From Blasia pusilla (taxonomy: Eukaryota), in the NCBI GenBank assembly GCA_050084515.1, contig CM114271.1:8990001-9054000 (forward strand): a DNA stretch of 64,000 nucleotides, read 5' to 3'. Positions 48,485 to 63,207 of the stretch are shown here, in pieces. Within the stretch, counting starts at the first letter, position 1. Every line of letters begins with the position of its first letter. The notes below the pieces were generated by a model. It had not been told where the DNA came from. It worked only from the letters and a program-made list of their open reading frames with translations, and did no database searches. A program made the position numbers and the translations under genes.

Positions 48485-50731
48485 TGTGGCATAAGAGAAT
48501 TGGACATATGAATCTTCAAAGATTACAGAGTCTTTCATCATCTAATCTACTGATAGGACTTCCTAAATTAGCGAGTCCTGCTATATTAGAGGTATGTCGT
48601 ACCTGCCAATTTGGAAAACAAGCTAGATTTCCTTTCCCAAAGCAAGGTAGAAGAATATCTTAGATATTGGAGTTGATTCACAGTGATGTGTGTGGACAAC
48701 ATCACAACATAGCCTAAGTGATTGTGTGTACTTTGTTTGATTTATTGATGACTTTTCTAGGTATGTATGGGTATACTTTCTGAAAGCCAAGTCAAAGGCA
48801 TTCTCAATGTTTCAAACATTCAAAATTCTAGTAGAGAAGCAGACTCGATAACACATTCTGAAATTGCGTTATGATGGAGAAGGAGAGAATCTTTCAACAA
48901 AGTTTGATGACTACTTACGTTAGAATGGCATCCAACGTCAAGTGAATTATCGTTACACTCAACAACAAAATGGAGTGGCTGAGAGGAAGATTCGACATAA
49001 TGCTGAGGCGATACGAGCTATGATGAATGAGAAGAACATGCTTAAGGTGTCGCGCCCCTACTCTTCTTGAACGTCAATCTTTGGTGTTGCGGAAGTGTAC
49101 GTTCAGTAGGTCACGATCTCATGGCCGATCTACACCCAAACACGCACTCTTGTTAGTCGGGTCTGGGCCAACCAGCGTTCCAACCCATCGAGTTCTCAAC
49201 TCGGCGTCTCATCAAGCTCAACCTTCCTTAGTTCCTAGTTTCCAAAACACGGCAAGTCCTTCAAGACTTGGAACAGACTTCCTGGTTAGTCCAGGGATCT
49301 GAAACGGCACCCGCGCGCCTAGCGATCGCAACTATTCAACAGTCCTCGTGTGAGTTCGAAACCGAGACCCAAGTAATTGAGTCGCGGGGTGAAATCCAAG
49401 AGGGATGTCTAAAATTGCCTCAATAGACTTGGTGCAGGTTTTCCAACCCAACTCCCAAACTCGCGTTCCGTTCCATGCCCTTGAGCCGCCCCGCGGCGCC
49501 CAAAGTGGGGTTCGGGTTCCAAGCACTCTCGAAGACCTTCCCCCTTACTAGTACTTCAGGGGTTCTCCAATAACCCCCCCCTTGGAAAAGGAGGGTCGGG
49601 CCCTTCATTGTGGCCCTCAACCCGACTCTATTTACAGTCGTTTCTGGGTTGTTTCTCAGCCGCTGCTAAAGCGTTTGCAAAGCTCTTTAGTGCGTTTGAA
49701 CCGGCTTTCCATAAGATTTCTAACGCACCCTTATTTAATCCAACCGCATATTGGCACTAAAAGTTATGGCCATAAATATAGTCGGAAACTCTCAAACGCT
49801 AGTGGCGTTCCAAATCCGGATTCTTCCTTTTGGCAACCCACTTTCTAGACTCGACTTCTTTCAAGTCTCAATCCGTGTTTGGTCCAGGTTTCTCGGTCGC
49901 GACCACAACATCTGAAACGTGACGCCTCACTCACGTCTCGTCTCTTGTCTTCTCTTTGAGACTACTCCAACGCGCAAATCATCTTAGCGTGAGCCCGCTA
50001 ATATTCCGATGTTCCGCTTGGCACTCGTTTGGTCATGAGGGTCGCGACACTCACCCCTCTTTAGAGGTTGATGCCCTCATCAATGCAAACCTTTGTTATG
50101 TCAAGTCTCTTGTAGCCTACCCCTTGACATTGAATCTGGTGGCTAACCCGCAATTCCTCTTAGTCTATAGTTGCCGCTTTGCCCCACTTAGAATTATTAG
50201 CCTCTCCTCTTTGATAAGCCTGGACAGGTTCCAAAGAACTAACCTATCAAATAAGCTAACTAAGTGTGCAACCTTAGACTCTTCTGGCTCACTCTTGTAA
50301 ACATCACACCTGTTTACCTGGTCTACAAATCGTACTACTATTGGGTCGCTCTCATATTCGAATTAGGCGCGTCACTAAGTTTACTTATGTGGCCACAAGT
50401 AAGATCACCCCAAGCCCCAAGACAGACTTCATCTGCCCCGCCGACGCTAGGGCGAGCCCGAGTGTAATCCAACACAAAGTCCTGTTCTAGGTGCTTATCC
50501 ACATACGAGCTCTCACCTCAAATACTCCTTGTCTGTCCTCTTGACGTACATCCTAAGCCTATGATGAACGACTCATAGCCATGCACTACCACATACAAAT
50601 TGCAATCAACTCTGGCATCGAATCTCCAAATCCATACACTCCTTTATTGCAACACTGGCATATTCTAGTTACAACGGCCTTCGGCCCAAGATTCCACTGG
50701 TTACAAGTTATGTCTCTAGCTTCTCCTCGTA

Positions 50732-53700
50732 CTAACGTATGTGCTTCGCTTGTTTTCCCTTGAAGTCTCGCAACAACTCTTGCGCGTGTTCCAAATCCGC
50801 CTCCGCAATCCAAGTCGCCTCCTTCACATGGTAGCCCTTCCATTTTACCAAGTATTCATACTTGTTGGCCCGACGCCTTGAACGTAAGATGGTCTCCACC
50901 TCAAACTCCGGCTCTTCAATTATGATAACCGGGTGCGGTCTCACCAATTGTCTCCGCGCGAAACGTCCATTATCTTGAAGATATTTCTTCAACAATGACA
51001 CATGAAAGGTCGGGTGAATCTTGAACTCGTCCGGCAACCTCAACGTGTACACATCCTCAAACGGGTTTGCCACAATCACATACGGTCCAGCATACTTGGC
51101 AGGCAGCTTCGCAGACAACTCTTTCGCAAGAGTGAGGTTCTTCACACTCAACCACACTTGCTCTCCAACTTGGAATCGTACTTGGCGCCAACTCTTGTTA
51201 GCATGCTTAACGTACCTCATTTGAGCCTTTGCAAGACTTTGCCTCACTCGCTCTTCCCGTTCTCGCATCTCCACCAACAAACCTTGTGTCGTCGCTTGTC
51301 GTGTTCGTGCCAATGTAGTACCCTTCGGAAGGGCTAGGTCAAGAGCCCCTTCTGGCTCTCGTCCATTTTCCAGGAGAAACTGAGATTCTCCAGTTGCAGA
51401 ATGCTTGGTCGAGTTGTAGCAGTACTCCGCCATGCTCAGCCACTTGACCCTATCTCGTTGATCAGCACTGACATAATTCCCTAAGTACTGATTCACCATA
51501 GAGTTGACCTTTTCAGTCTGTCCATCCGTCTGTGGGTGGAAAGCCGTACTGAAACTCACCTTGGTCTTAAACCTTCTGAACAAGTGCTTCCAAAAAGCAC
51601 TCGTAAACTTCGGATCCCGATCTGAAATAATGCTCCTCGGCAAACCGTGAGCACGCCACCAGCTATCAAGAAACAATTGCGACGTCGTATAAGCCGTTGC
51701 GGAATCCACCGTCGGCACGAATCTTGCCAACTTGCTAAACCGATCAACAATCACAAGTATAACGTTGTATCCCTCAGATTCCAAAAGACTCGTGATGAAA
51801 TCCATACTCACACTTTGCAAGGGTCCTTCTGGGATCAGCAAGGGATGCAACAAGCCCTGTTTCTTATCATAAGAGACTCCATTCGCTTGGCAGATCACAC
51901 AGGTCTTCACATATTGAGCAACATCCTCTTTCATGTTGGGCCAAAAGAACCGTTTCGACAGAACAGTTAGCGTAGATTTCTCTCCTTTATATCCTGCCAA
52001 GGGTCCGTCGTGACATTCCGCTAACACTTTGGTTTGCATCCTGCCTTGCCCTACATAGATCCTACTGTGTTTGAACCTTAGTAAAGCGTGCCTCAAACTT
52101 ATGTTGGCCACCTTCTCACCCTGCTTCAACTTCCTCAGGTATTCCCCTGCATGAGCATCCTTCATATATCCTTCACGAATCCTTCTTTCTAGGTCTGTTT
52201 CTTTAGGGAACATTGCTCTCAAGACTTGTGTCGTGGATGGCATGTGTTCCTCCTTGCGACTCAACGCAGCTGGAATCACATTATCTTTACCTGGCTTGTG
52301 AATCAACTCAACATCCATCAACGCCAAGGTATCATGCCATCGCAGTTGTTTCAGTGTCACTCGATCTTGGGTCTCAAAATACTTGAGTGATATATTATCG
52401 GTGAATATTCGAGTCCTGTGGAGCCCTAGATAATGCCGCCACTTCCTCAAGCAATGTACCACCGCGAACAACTCTTTCTCGTGAGTAGGCCATCTCCTTT
52501 CAGTATCGCTAAGCTTCTTGCTCTCGTATGCCACCGGTCTCCCTTCTTGCACCAACATTCCTGCAACCACGAAATCACTAGCATCGGTATGCACTTCGAA
52601 CGGTTTGTCAAACTCCGGCAGCTTCAACACTGGTTCCTGCGATAGAATTTGCTTCACTCGGCTGAATGCCTCATTAACTTCCTGGGTCCAAGTTGTGTTG
52701 GCAAACTTTTCTGTCCAATCCGTGAGAGGTCTCACAATTCCCGAAAAGTTTTTCACATAAGTGCGATAGAACTGCACCGCACCTATGAACCTCCTCATCC
52801 CCTTTACAATGGATGGGGTTCTCACTCGGAAATCGCTTTTACCTTCTCCTTGTCTGGACTGATGCCATCTGCACTGACCATGTGACCCAAGAATTTGATC
52901 TTGCTCAAACCAAATTCACTCTTCTCTACATTTGCATACAGCTGATTCGCCCTTAGCTCTCACATTTCGAACGTGCTCCTCTAGTGACTTCGAATAGATA
53001 AGTATGTCGTCAATATAGATGATAACATACTCATCCACTTCCTTGTGAAAAATGAAGTTCATCAATGTGGTGAACGTCGGAGGCGCGTTACATAGACCAA
53101 AAGGCATCACTACAAACTCAAAGGACCCGTATCTCGTCCTGCACGCAGTCTTCTCCACATCTGCTTCGGCAATCCGAATCTGGTAATATCCTGACTTCAA
53201 GTCAATCCTACTGAAATATCTCGCGCCTGCCGCCTATCGAAGAGATAATCTATCCTTGGTAGAAGATAATTGTTCTGAACCGTCACTTTATTCAGCCCAC
53301 GGTAATCAACACACAACCTGATCTTTCCATCCTTCTTCTTTACAAAAAGAACAGGTGCTCCATAAAGTGACTTGCTAGTCCTAATGTAACCTTTTTCCAA
53401 GAGCTCACTTAACTGCTTTTTCAACTCAAGAAGTTCCTCCTGATTCAACCTATATGGTGCTTTTGAAGGCGGTTGGGAACCGGGTACGATCTTTATCTTA
53501 TGATCAACGGCTCCATGTGGCGGAAATACAGTCGGAAGCTCATTTGTCAAGACATCCTCAAACTCCTTGACCACTTCCTGGAGTGGTTTTGGGATTCCCC
53601 TTGAATCAGCGTCCTGATCTCTGCGTATTCTACTTGTAGCCTCCTCCACTTGTCTCATCAAGCAGAGAAATCCATCCTCCAACTCGGTCATGCTCCTCCT

Positions 53701-54159
53701 TGTAATCGAGTTCACTAACTCCTTTTTCGCCGGAACCTCACGCACCAACCGCACCTGTAACCGTTTTCCCTTTAGCAAGACTCTCAACCTCAAGGGTCTA
53801 TGTCTTAACTCCACCTCATACGCATCTAGGAATGTATTCCCCAAGACTCCGTCAATGCCATCCATTTCGCACACAGTGAAATTCTCCTTCAACTCGAATA
53901 CCCCGCATCCTACTATCAAACCCAAGACCAAATCAGAAGTCCGACGAGACTTGCCTCCTGCAAATCCTACCCGAATGGGCTCATCCGCCTTAGAGGTAGA
54001 CAACCCCAGTTCCTTCACGATTCTTGGGCTTAGGAAGGAGTGCGAAGCACCTGTATCCACGAGCAACAACACATCGCGATCAGCAATCTTGGATCTTAGG
54101 TACACCAAATTGTGCGTCCTCTTGGTGACCTGAAGGGACGTCTCGAGATTTCCCGCCAA
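50732..54159 (-). pseudogene. pol: pol: PR-RT-RH-INT-chromodomain (frameshifted)
   Basis: LVDTGAS, YIDDILIYS, TDASD, SMDFI, SDRD, QTE, FEVETIL...YLVKWKGY...TW. Confidence 0.95.
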
Positions 54160-54165
54160 TAGATG

Positions 54166-55249
54166 CTAAGCAGCCAACGCAATCATACTCCCATTACTAA
54201 CCTTCGGTTTCAAACACACTTTCACCAGGTGCCCCGGTTTGCCACAGTTGTAGCATATGACCTTGCCGTTCCCTGACTTCGAGTGCTGTCCTCCTTTCGG
54301 CTTCGCATGGAGTTCCACTCGTTTTTTCTTTCGGGCGACGACTCTCTGGATCGTCTTTGGCCCCCCCTCGCACTCTTTTGAATGCCTCCTTATTTTTTGA
54401 CTTCTTCGAAAAACCTTTTGGCTCAAAGGGTTTCTGGGTTTGGACCTCATCATCCCCAATCCGCTCCGCCAGCTTCAGAAGATCCGCGCAAGTATCTGGA
54501 AACGTTGGCATTCGGTAAAGGGCCTTTTCATCGCTCGGCTTGAGTCCACTTATGAAGATAGCCTTCTTCGCGTGCTCATCCATCTTTGGAATCGAAGTCA
54601 GTTTCGCACTAAACTCCCTCACATACGCGCTTAAGGAACCACTCTGCCGCATCCGCACGCATTCCACCGTGTCGCGCAACCCTTGGTACTCCGGAGTGAA
54701 TCGATCCCCAATCAACACCTTGAACTCCTCCCAACTCAGAGGTGACTCGCCACCCAGATATTCCTCTTGTTGAGTTGTCCACCATTGTAGCGCATGATCC
54801 TTCAGGAAAGTGACGGCTACCGTCACCTTGTCCTGCTCAGCAACCCTCTGCGCCCCGAAGTACAGTTCTAGTTCCGTAAGGAAATCCTTCACTTTCATGG
54901 CGCCCCACCCCGATGAATGGCGTGGCGAGTTTGTCTTCTTGAGCTTTTTGCCCGCACCCGGAGTTCGGGTGGCCTCTAACTCTGCAATCCGCTTGCTTTG
55001 CTGGGACATCTGCTCCACCAACAGCTTCAACAAGTCCAACGTCTGGCTCGACTCGGTCCGTTCCCCTGAGTTTGGGCCCGATGGCTCCGCGGAAGGATTC
55101 GCCTCTGGAACGTCCTCACGACTGGTGTTCAGCTCTTTGAGGGTCTCCGTCTCCTCCGTAGCTTCAAGGTCCGACATTGGTTCCTCTCTTGGTTCACGTC
55201 GCTTGATTCGACGCTTCTTGGGTTGTTCTCCCTCGATCGCCATTTTCAA
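54166..55249 (-). pseudogene. gag: gag with CCHC knuckle (frameshifted)
   Basis: ALQWW...WEEFK...QSGSLSAYVREF. CYNCGKPGHLVKVC lies in a second frame. Confidence 0.9.
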
Positions 55250-55459
55250 GCCAACTCACTCAGATCTCCTCCTCATTTCTTGCGTCCCTCCTCGAGCGTC
55301 TAAGTCTAGCCGCTACCTTGAGTTTTCCCAAGCGTCCAGTTGATCCCACGACCCCAAGTTCTCGCTCACCAAGGATAAGCTTTGATACCACTTGTCGCGC
55401 CCCTACTCTCCTTGAACGTCAATCTTTGGTGTTGCGGAAGCGTGCGTTCAGTAGGTCAC

Positions 55460-56461
55460 TGTCGCGCCCCTACTCTCCTTGAACGTCAATCTTTAGTGTT
55501 GCGAAAGCGTGCGTTCAGTAGGTCACAAACTCATCGCCGATCTGCACCCAAACACGCACTCTCGTTAGTCGGGTTTGGCCAACCGGCGTTCCAATCCACC
55601 GAGTCCTCAACTCGGCGTCTCATCAAGCTCAAACTTCCTTAGTTCCTAGCTTCCAACACATGGCAAGTCCTTCAAGACTTGGAACAGACTTTCTGATTAG
55701 TCCAAGGATCTGAAACGGCACTTGCGCGCCTATCGATCCCAACTGTTCAACGGACCTCGGGTGAGTTCCGAACCGAGACCCAAGTAATTGAGTCACGGGG
55801 TGGAATCCAAGAGGGATGTCTAAAATCGCCTCACTGGACTTGGTGCAGGTTTTCCAACCCAACCCCCAAACTCGCGTTCCGTTCCATGCCCTTGAGCCGC
55901 CCCGCGGCGCCCAAAGTGAGGTTTGGGTTCCAAGCACTCTCGGAGACCTTCCCCCTTACTAGTACTTCTGGGGTTCTCCAATAACCCCTCCCCTTTGGGA
56001 AAAGAGGGTCGGGCCCTTCATTGTGGCCCTCAACCCGACTTCACTTATAGTCGTTTTTGGGTCGTATCTCGGCCGTTGCTTATGCGTTTGCAGCGATCTT
56101 TCGTGCATTTGAACCAACTTTCCATAGGCTTTCCAACGCACTCTTATTTGCTCCAAACGCATCTTGGAGCTAAAAGTTATGGCCATAAATACAGTCGAAA
56201 ACTCTCAAACGCTAGTGGCGTTCCACATCCGAATCTTTCCTTTGGCAACCCACTTCCTAGACTCGACTTCTTTCAAGTCTCATTTCGCGTTTGGTCGAGG
56301 TTTCTCAGTCGCGACCATAACACCTGAAACGCGACTCCTCGCTCGCATCTCGTCTCTCGTCTCCTCTTTGAGACAACTCCAACGTGCAAACCATCTTAGT
56401 GTGAGCCCGCTAATATTCCGATGTTCCGCTTGGCACTTGTTTGGTCATGAGGGTCGGGACA
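55460..56461 (-). mobile_element. Solo LTR inserted within the 5' LTR of its own family, TSD GTCAC
   Basis: TSD at 55455-55459 and 56462-56466. Confidence 0.92.
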
Positions 56462-57565
56462 GTCACGATCTCATGGCCGATCTGCACCCAAACACGCACT
56501 CTTGTTAGTCGGGTCTGGGCCAACCAGCGTTCCAACCCATCGAGTTCTCAACTCGGCGTCTCATCAAGCTCAACCTTCCTTAGTTCCTAGTTTCCAAAAC
56601 ACGGCAAGTCCTTCAAGACTTGGAACAGACTTCCTGGTTAGTCCAGGGATCTGAAACGGCACCCGCGCGCCTAGCGATCGCAACTATTCAACGGTCCTCG
56701 TGTGAGTTCGAAACCGAGACCCAAGTAATTGAGTCGCGGGGTGAAATCCAAGAGGGATGTCTAAAATTGCCTCAATAGACTTGGTGCAGGTTTTCCAACC
56801 CAACTCCCAAACTCGCGTTCCGTTCCATGCCCTTGAGCCGCCCCGCGGTGCCCAAAGTGGGGTTCGGGTTCCAAGCACTCTCGAAGACCTTCCCCCTTAC
56901 TAGTACTTCAGGGGTTCTCCAATAACCCCCCCCCTTGGAAAAGGAGGGTCGGGCCCTTCATTGTGGCCCTCAACCCGACTCTATTTACAGTCGTTTCTGG
57001 GTTGTTTCTCAGCCGCTGCTCAAGCGTTTGCAAAGCTCTTTAGTGCGTTTGAACCGGCTTTCCATAAGATTTCTAACGCACCCTTATTTAATCCAACCGC
57101 ATATTGGCGCTAAAAGTTATGGCCATAAATATAGTCGGAAACTCTCAAACGCTAGTGGCGTTCCAAATCCGGATTCTTCCTTTTGGCAACCCACTTTCTA
57201 GACTCGACTTCTTTCAAGTCTCAATCCGCGTTTGGTCAGGTTTCTCGGTCGCGACCACAACATCTGAAATGTGATGCCTCGCTCACGTCTCGTCTCTTGT
57301 CTCCTATTTGAGACTACTCCAATGCGCAAACCATCTTAGCGTGAGCCCGCTAATGTTCTGACGTTCCGCTTGGCACTCGTTTGGTCATGAGGGTCCCGAC
57401 ATAAAGTGTATTGTGCAGAGGTTGTAGCATGTGCAGTCTTCTTAATCAACCAAACTCCAACAGGAGCACGAATTCATGATAAGATTCCATTTGAAGTCTT
57501 CAAAAGAAGTATATTTGATTTTTCCTTCCTAAAAGTATTTGGTTTTATTTATTAAGCTCATGTTT

Positions 57566-58490
57566 AGTCGCGACCCTCATGACCAAACGAGTGCCAAAGC
57601 GGAACATCGGAACATTAGCGGGCTCACGCTAAGATGGTTGCGACTAAGAATCCTGGACCAAACGCGGAACAAGACTTGAAAGGAGTTGAGTCTAGGAAGT
57701 GGGTTGCCAAAAGAAGAACTCGGATTTGGAACGCCACTAGCGTTTGAGAGTTTCCGACTGTATTTATGGCCATAACTTTCAGCGCTGAGATGCGTTTGGA
57801 TTAAACAAGAGTGCGTTGGAAGGCTTATGGAAAGCCAGTTCAAACGCACTAAAGATCTTTGCAAACGCATAAGCATTGACTGAGAAACAACCCGGGAACG
57901 ACTATAAGTAGAGTCAGGTTAAGGGCCACAATGACGGGCACGACCCTTCTTTTCCAAATGGGGGTGTTATTGGAGAACCCCAGAAGTACTTGTAAGGGGG
58001 AAGGTCTCCGAGAGTGCTTGGAACTCGAACCCCACTTTGGGCGCCACGGGGCGGCTCAAGGGCATGGAACAGATCGAGAGTTTGGGATTGGGTTGGAAAA
58101 CCTGAACCAAGTCTACGGAGACAATTTTAGACATCCCTCTTGGATTTCATCCCGTGACTCAATTACTTGGGTCTCGGTTTGGAACTTGCAGGAGGTCCGT
58201 TGAACAGTTGGGATCGCTAGGCGCGCAAGTGTCGTTTTAGGTTCCTAGACTAATCAGGAAGTCTGTTCCAAGTCTTGAAGGACTTGCCATGTTTTGGAAA
58301 CTAGGATTAAGGAAGGTTGAGCTTGATCAGACGCCGAGTTGAGAACTCGGTGGGTTGGAACGCTGGTTGGCCCAGACCCGACTAACGAGAGTGCGTGTTT
58401 GGGTGCAGATCGGCGATGAGATCGTGTCCTACTGAACGTACGCTTCCGCAACACTAAAGATTGACGTTCAAGGAGAGTAGGGGCACGACA
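57566..58490 (+). mobile_element. Solo LTR of the chromovirus family, opposite orientation
   Basis: Reverse complement of 49048-50049 with an internal deletion. Imperfect TSD TGTTT/TGTTC. Confidence 0.88.
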
Positions 58491-60895
58491 TGTTCCTTCT
58501 AAAAGACGTAAAAAATTAGACCCTAAATCTAAAAGATGTATATTCATTGGCTATGTTGATGGAACTAAGGGATATAAGTGCTAAATTTTATCCTCTATGA
58601 TTAGTCATGATGTTGTCTTTGATGAGCTAAACTCATGGTTTGCTTCATCTTAGCCTATTCCACCTCTAATCTCGTCTGTTGAGGGGGAGAATATGATTGT
58701 AAATCAACTGACATTGCCTTAAATTCCCCAAGTACTAGTGCAGGATTAAGAGAGGTCCTAGATTTGTGAGTTAAATGTGTGAGTCCATGGACGGGAAGAG
58801 TACGTATTAAGTCTCTTGACACTAGTCAGAGCTCGAGTCAGGTGTCATAGGCTTCTACCTCTTAACAATAACTTCGTAGATCAAGTAGAGTCACACATCA
58901 TGTTCGTAGATTTATAAATTAATGAAGGTTTTCTTGCAACACATGATGCATATATGATGACTATCCTTCAAGAATATGAGCCTAATTATTTTGAAGAAGT
59001 TACAAGTAAAGTCGAATGGATTGAAGCTATGGAAGAAGAGCTTATTGCATTAAGACATCAACAAACATGCGAGCTGGTTGAAATACCTTCTAATAAGGAA
59101 ACTATTGGTTGCAAATGGGTTTACAAAATCAAATGCAATCAAGATGATATAGTAAAGAGATACAAAGAAAAATTGGTGGCTAAGGGCTATGCACAACAAT
59201 ATGACATTGATTATAAGGAAATATTTAGCCTTGTTGCAAAGATGGCAACTCCGAGAACAGTGGTTGCAGTTGCTATAAGAAAGAAGCGGAGATTACATCA
59301 CATGGACGTCAAGAATGCCTTCTTGAATGGAGATCTATATGAGGAGGTATATATGACTCAACCACCTATAAGCCAATCACTACACCATTGGCTTACAATC
59401 ACCTGGATATGAGCATCTCGGGTTTCGTGTATGTAGGTGTAAGAAAGCTCTATACGGGCTCAAACAAGCTCTTAGAGTTTGGTATGGCAAGATTACATAC
59501 GTTCTACAAGAGTTGGGTTTTAGGGTATGTGATTTTGACTCATCATTATATGTCTTGAGAGGACAATATCATACGGTTATGATTGTGTTATATGATGACG
59601 ACCTCTTGATTTATGGGAGTATTGAGGATATGGTACAATAAGTCAAGCTAAAATTATAGGCATAATTTGATATGAAAGACTTGGGAGAAGTCAAGTACTT
59701 CCTTGGTGTTAAGTTTATCAAGGTTGGAGAGAGCATGTGGTTACTACAACGACAACATGCTCTTCACATGCTTTCAAAATATGGTATGATGGCTTGTAAG
59801 CCAATCACTACACCATTGGACCAGAGTGTGAAGCTAAGAGTGGATGAGAGAGAGTTGCTTGCAGATTCTAATATGTACAAGCATATGGTTGGAAGTTTGA
59901 TCTATCTGACTATAATCAAGCCATATTTGAGCTATGAAGTTGGCCTAGTGATCCAATTTATGCAAGCATCTTGAAAACCTCACCTTGATGTTGTGAGGAG
60001 GATTATGCGGTATGTGAAATTCTCTATTGAATTCAGGCTTCAATTTGAACCTTCTCCGAGTTTACAATTACACGGATTCACAAATGCTGATTGGGCACGA
60101 AGCGTGTCTGATTGACACTCCACATCTGGTTATTCATTTACTTTGCGAAGCGCAGTTATAAGTTAGGCTTCAAAGAACCAACCTACACTTGCTTTATCCT
60201 CAACAGAGGTTGAATAGAGAGGAGCAACGAATGCAGCATGTAAGGCGGTGTGGCTTCATCGATTACTTATTAAGATTGATGTCAATAACTTAGGACCTAG
60301 TGTAATATAAGCAGATAATATTAGTAGCATCAAGCTTGCTAATAACCCTGTGTTTCATGCTCGTAGAAAGCATGTTGAGGTGCACTATCATTTTATAAGA
60401 GAGAAAGTGCTTGCAAGAGAAATTGATCTTGTGTATATAGGCAGAGATCGGAAAATTTTTGACATCTTCACAAAGGAATTATCTAAAGATAAGTTTGAGA
60501 TATTTAGAAATGATTTAGGCATTAGAGATATCGATATGAGCTTCAGGGGGAGTATTGAAGATTGAATTAAAGTCAAGCTCATGAGACACCTGAACTACTA
60601 CATTTGGTACTCACACAAAGTAGGGAAGCTTAATCTTGGTTAGTCAATTAAGTGCGATTATCTTAACTAGGATAACTTAATCACAATTAGTCTAACTTGA
60701 GATTATGGTCAAGATTAGGGTTAGGGTTGCTTGTACATACCCTATATAATTGAGAAGGGGACCAGCCTCCACTCCTTCTCTCATTGCAAAATTTTATTGT
60801 CAATGGTGGTGTGTAAGTGTGAGAGCCATTTTCCACCAATTATGCTTCTTTAGCAGTTTTCTACAGCTAAGCCTCCATCGTGGTGTGTGAGTGTG

Positions 60896-63207
60896 AACGC
60901 CGAGGCCGAGATGTCCAAGGGGATGGAGAAAAGGATTGTGGATGAGAATAAAGAGAAGAAGCCCTAAGATGTTGCTATTAGGAGGACTGAATTGGCAAAA
61001 GAGCGGAGGGAGAAGGCTATCGTCGTGGTAGAAGATAGTCCCACACGTCCTACAGATAGTGTTGAAATGAAGGACGTCTCCCCTTTGAAGTCTGGCGAAA
61101 CTATGAACTTGAGAACTCATGAAGATTTTATGGAGATCAATGAGGAGGCGATGAGGACAGTAAGTGTAGAGATGGTGGACATATGTGAAGAAGCAGGAGA
61201 AGAGTCGTCGTCTTCCTTAAGTCTAGTGGAAGAAATTGACCTCTTCCGCACGGATGAGTATCCAATGGAGTTGCCTCCTGCTGTCCCAAAGCATTTGGCT
61301 GGCCTCAAAACTGATCCAATTTTTGAGAGGGCAAGAAATCTTTGGCATTTCTTACGGAGCTTTCGAGTTCCTGGTTTAGCAGGAAATTGCAGTTCATTGA
61401 CATTCTTCAATTTTTTGCCGATTATAAAGCAGATGGCAGTGGTGGATGGCCACAAGTCCCCTAGAATTCCATTTTTTGAATTTGGACAATGGAATACCTG
61501 CGTGAAATTCAGTCAGACGAAGACATTGCAAAGTTGAAGCAGTCGGCTGCAATAGCTTCTTACGTCGATAACTTCCCTCCGTTCTATTTTCAGCCTTATG
61601 ATGAACATGGAACGCAATCTCTTGTGACTGAAGAAGACATGGAGAACCTAGATACTTTCTAGAGAATGAGGGACACGGAGTTCAGAAGAGCGGTTGAAGG
61701 AACACAATTCAATTGGATGCAGAATGTGTATTTTTTCATTTGGGATGGGAACTACAAGTTTATGGCATGGTCGCAGTTTACAGAGGAGGGCCCAAATTCA
61801 TGGGAGGCGCATTTTTGCTTGAGGGAAAATTTCCTCCATCCCTTTCCTCATCATATAGCCACGGTGGAGATGGCTATGCACTCCATGAACATGTAAGTAT
61901 TTCCCATTCTCCCTCAATTTTGTGTGCTTGCTCCAACCCGTCGGATTTTGATGGGTTGCTCTAATGTGCAAAAGAAAGAATGTCTAGAACTATACGAGAT
62001 GATAGCGGCAACCCGTCAAAGTCCAACAAGTGGAATTAAGGTCTTCTTTGACTTCTTCGCTCGACTATTTTGCAACCCATCGAAGTACGACGGGTTGCGA
62101 GGTGAAAAAAAGTTCTAGTAAGGTTTCAGGATGAAACGAGTGTTCTCCAGCCCATTGGAGTCCAACGGTTTGCAGAATGGTCTAGGGAAGAAGTCATGGA
62201 AGCCCTAAATGCAACACGTCGTACTCCGACGGGTTGCAGAACATTAAAGAATGACTAGGTAGCAGGGACATTTTTTATGGAATGCAACCCGTCGGAGGCC
62301 AACGGGTTGCAAGCAACTATTTTTATGCTACTTACTAGGAATCTGGTCGTGTGAATTGCGTTGTTGGGGCCTGCTTGCAACCCATCAAACTCTGACGGGT
62401 TGCATCACTTAAGGCCCATGGCATCAATATGCAACCTGTCGGACTCCAACGGGTTGCACATGGTACACAGTGATCCTATCGCAACGTCAATCTCCAGGAG
62501 ATTTTTGCAACCTGGCGGAGTACGACGGGTTGCATTGAGTCTCAGACATGGTTTTTTCTTTCATCTTGTATGGAACTTGTCAAAAACTGACGGGTTGGAG
62601 GATTGCAGGAGATTAGAATTCTCACTTTGGGTTGACGATTGCAGGATTGTCTCGGAGGGGAAAAAGACCAATCACTGGATCCAAGAATGCGACAAAGTGA
62701 AGAAAGTGCTTACAATGCACTCGTCACAGTACAAAGGGTTCCTAGGAGAGGACTTAGTGGATGAGATGCTCATCAAGGGAGCAGAGATTAAAAAAGAAAA
62801 AGACTTGGTCGAGTACATACATATGCTAAGATGTGGTTGTCACCATTCTCTACTGGAAAAAAATCCAGGAAGTGAAGAAATGCGCCACACCAGAGCAGGA
62901 GCCGAGAGAAGACATTTCAGCATTGGAGCGAGCCAAGTTCATACATGCAACTGTGTCAGCAGCCACAAAGTACACTGCAAGCAAGATGCAAAGTTACATC
63001 ACTTTCCTCAACCCAGAACTTGGCAAGGACTTCTACAAGGAGTTGAAGGCGATTCTTAAATGCCAACAGAAGAGGGACGAAGATCCACAAGGTCGAATCG
63101 AAGAGAAAGTTTCACAGGATCACGTCCACAAGTTTGCGCTATTTGGGATTTCCAAATTCCGGCGGATCATGCTGATGGAAATCACTCTCAAAGGGACAGA
63201 GGCACAT
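60896..63207 (+). pseudogene. ParB-MTase gene fragment, copy M (third subfamily), with palindrome-filled intron 61893-62644
   Basis: EEIDLFRTDEYP, FFIWDGNYKFMAW, KYTASKMQ. Same intron positions as the other copies. Confidence 0.85.

Larger units (their letters stand above)
49048..57401 (-). mobile_element. Full-length chromodomain Ty3/Gypsy element (chromovirus) inserted in the Copia
   Basis: LTRs at 49048-50049 and 55393-57401 (interrupted). tRNA-iMet PBS (TGGTATCAAAGC, minus strand) at 55379-55390. PPT at 50050-50060. Imperfect TSD TAAGG/TAAAG. Confidence 0.93.
48485..60895 (+). mobile_element. Decayed Ty1/Copia element (pieces 48485-49047, 57402-57565, 58491-60555; 3' LTR from ~60556)
   Basis: WHKRIGH, LELIHSDVCG, QQNGVAERK; RT CKWVYKIK, HMDVKNAFLNG; RNase H KHVEVHYHFIRE; PPT AGGGGGAG at 60545. 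LTR end is uncertain. Confidence 0.9.

Noticed and set aside
60715-60728. Telomeric repeat TTAGGGTTAGGGTT
   Set aside because: Only two units, inside a Copia LTR.
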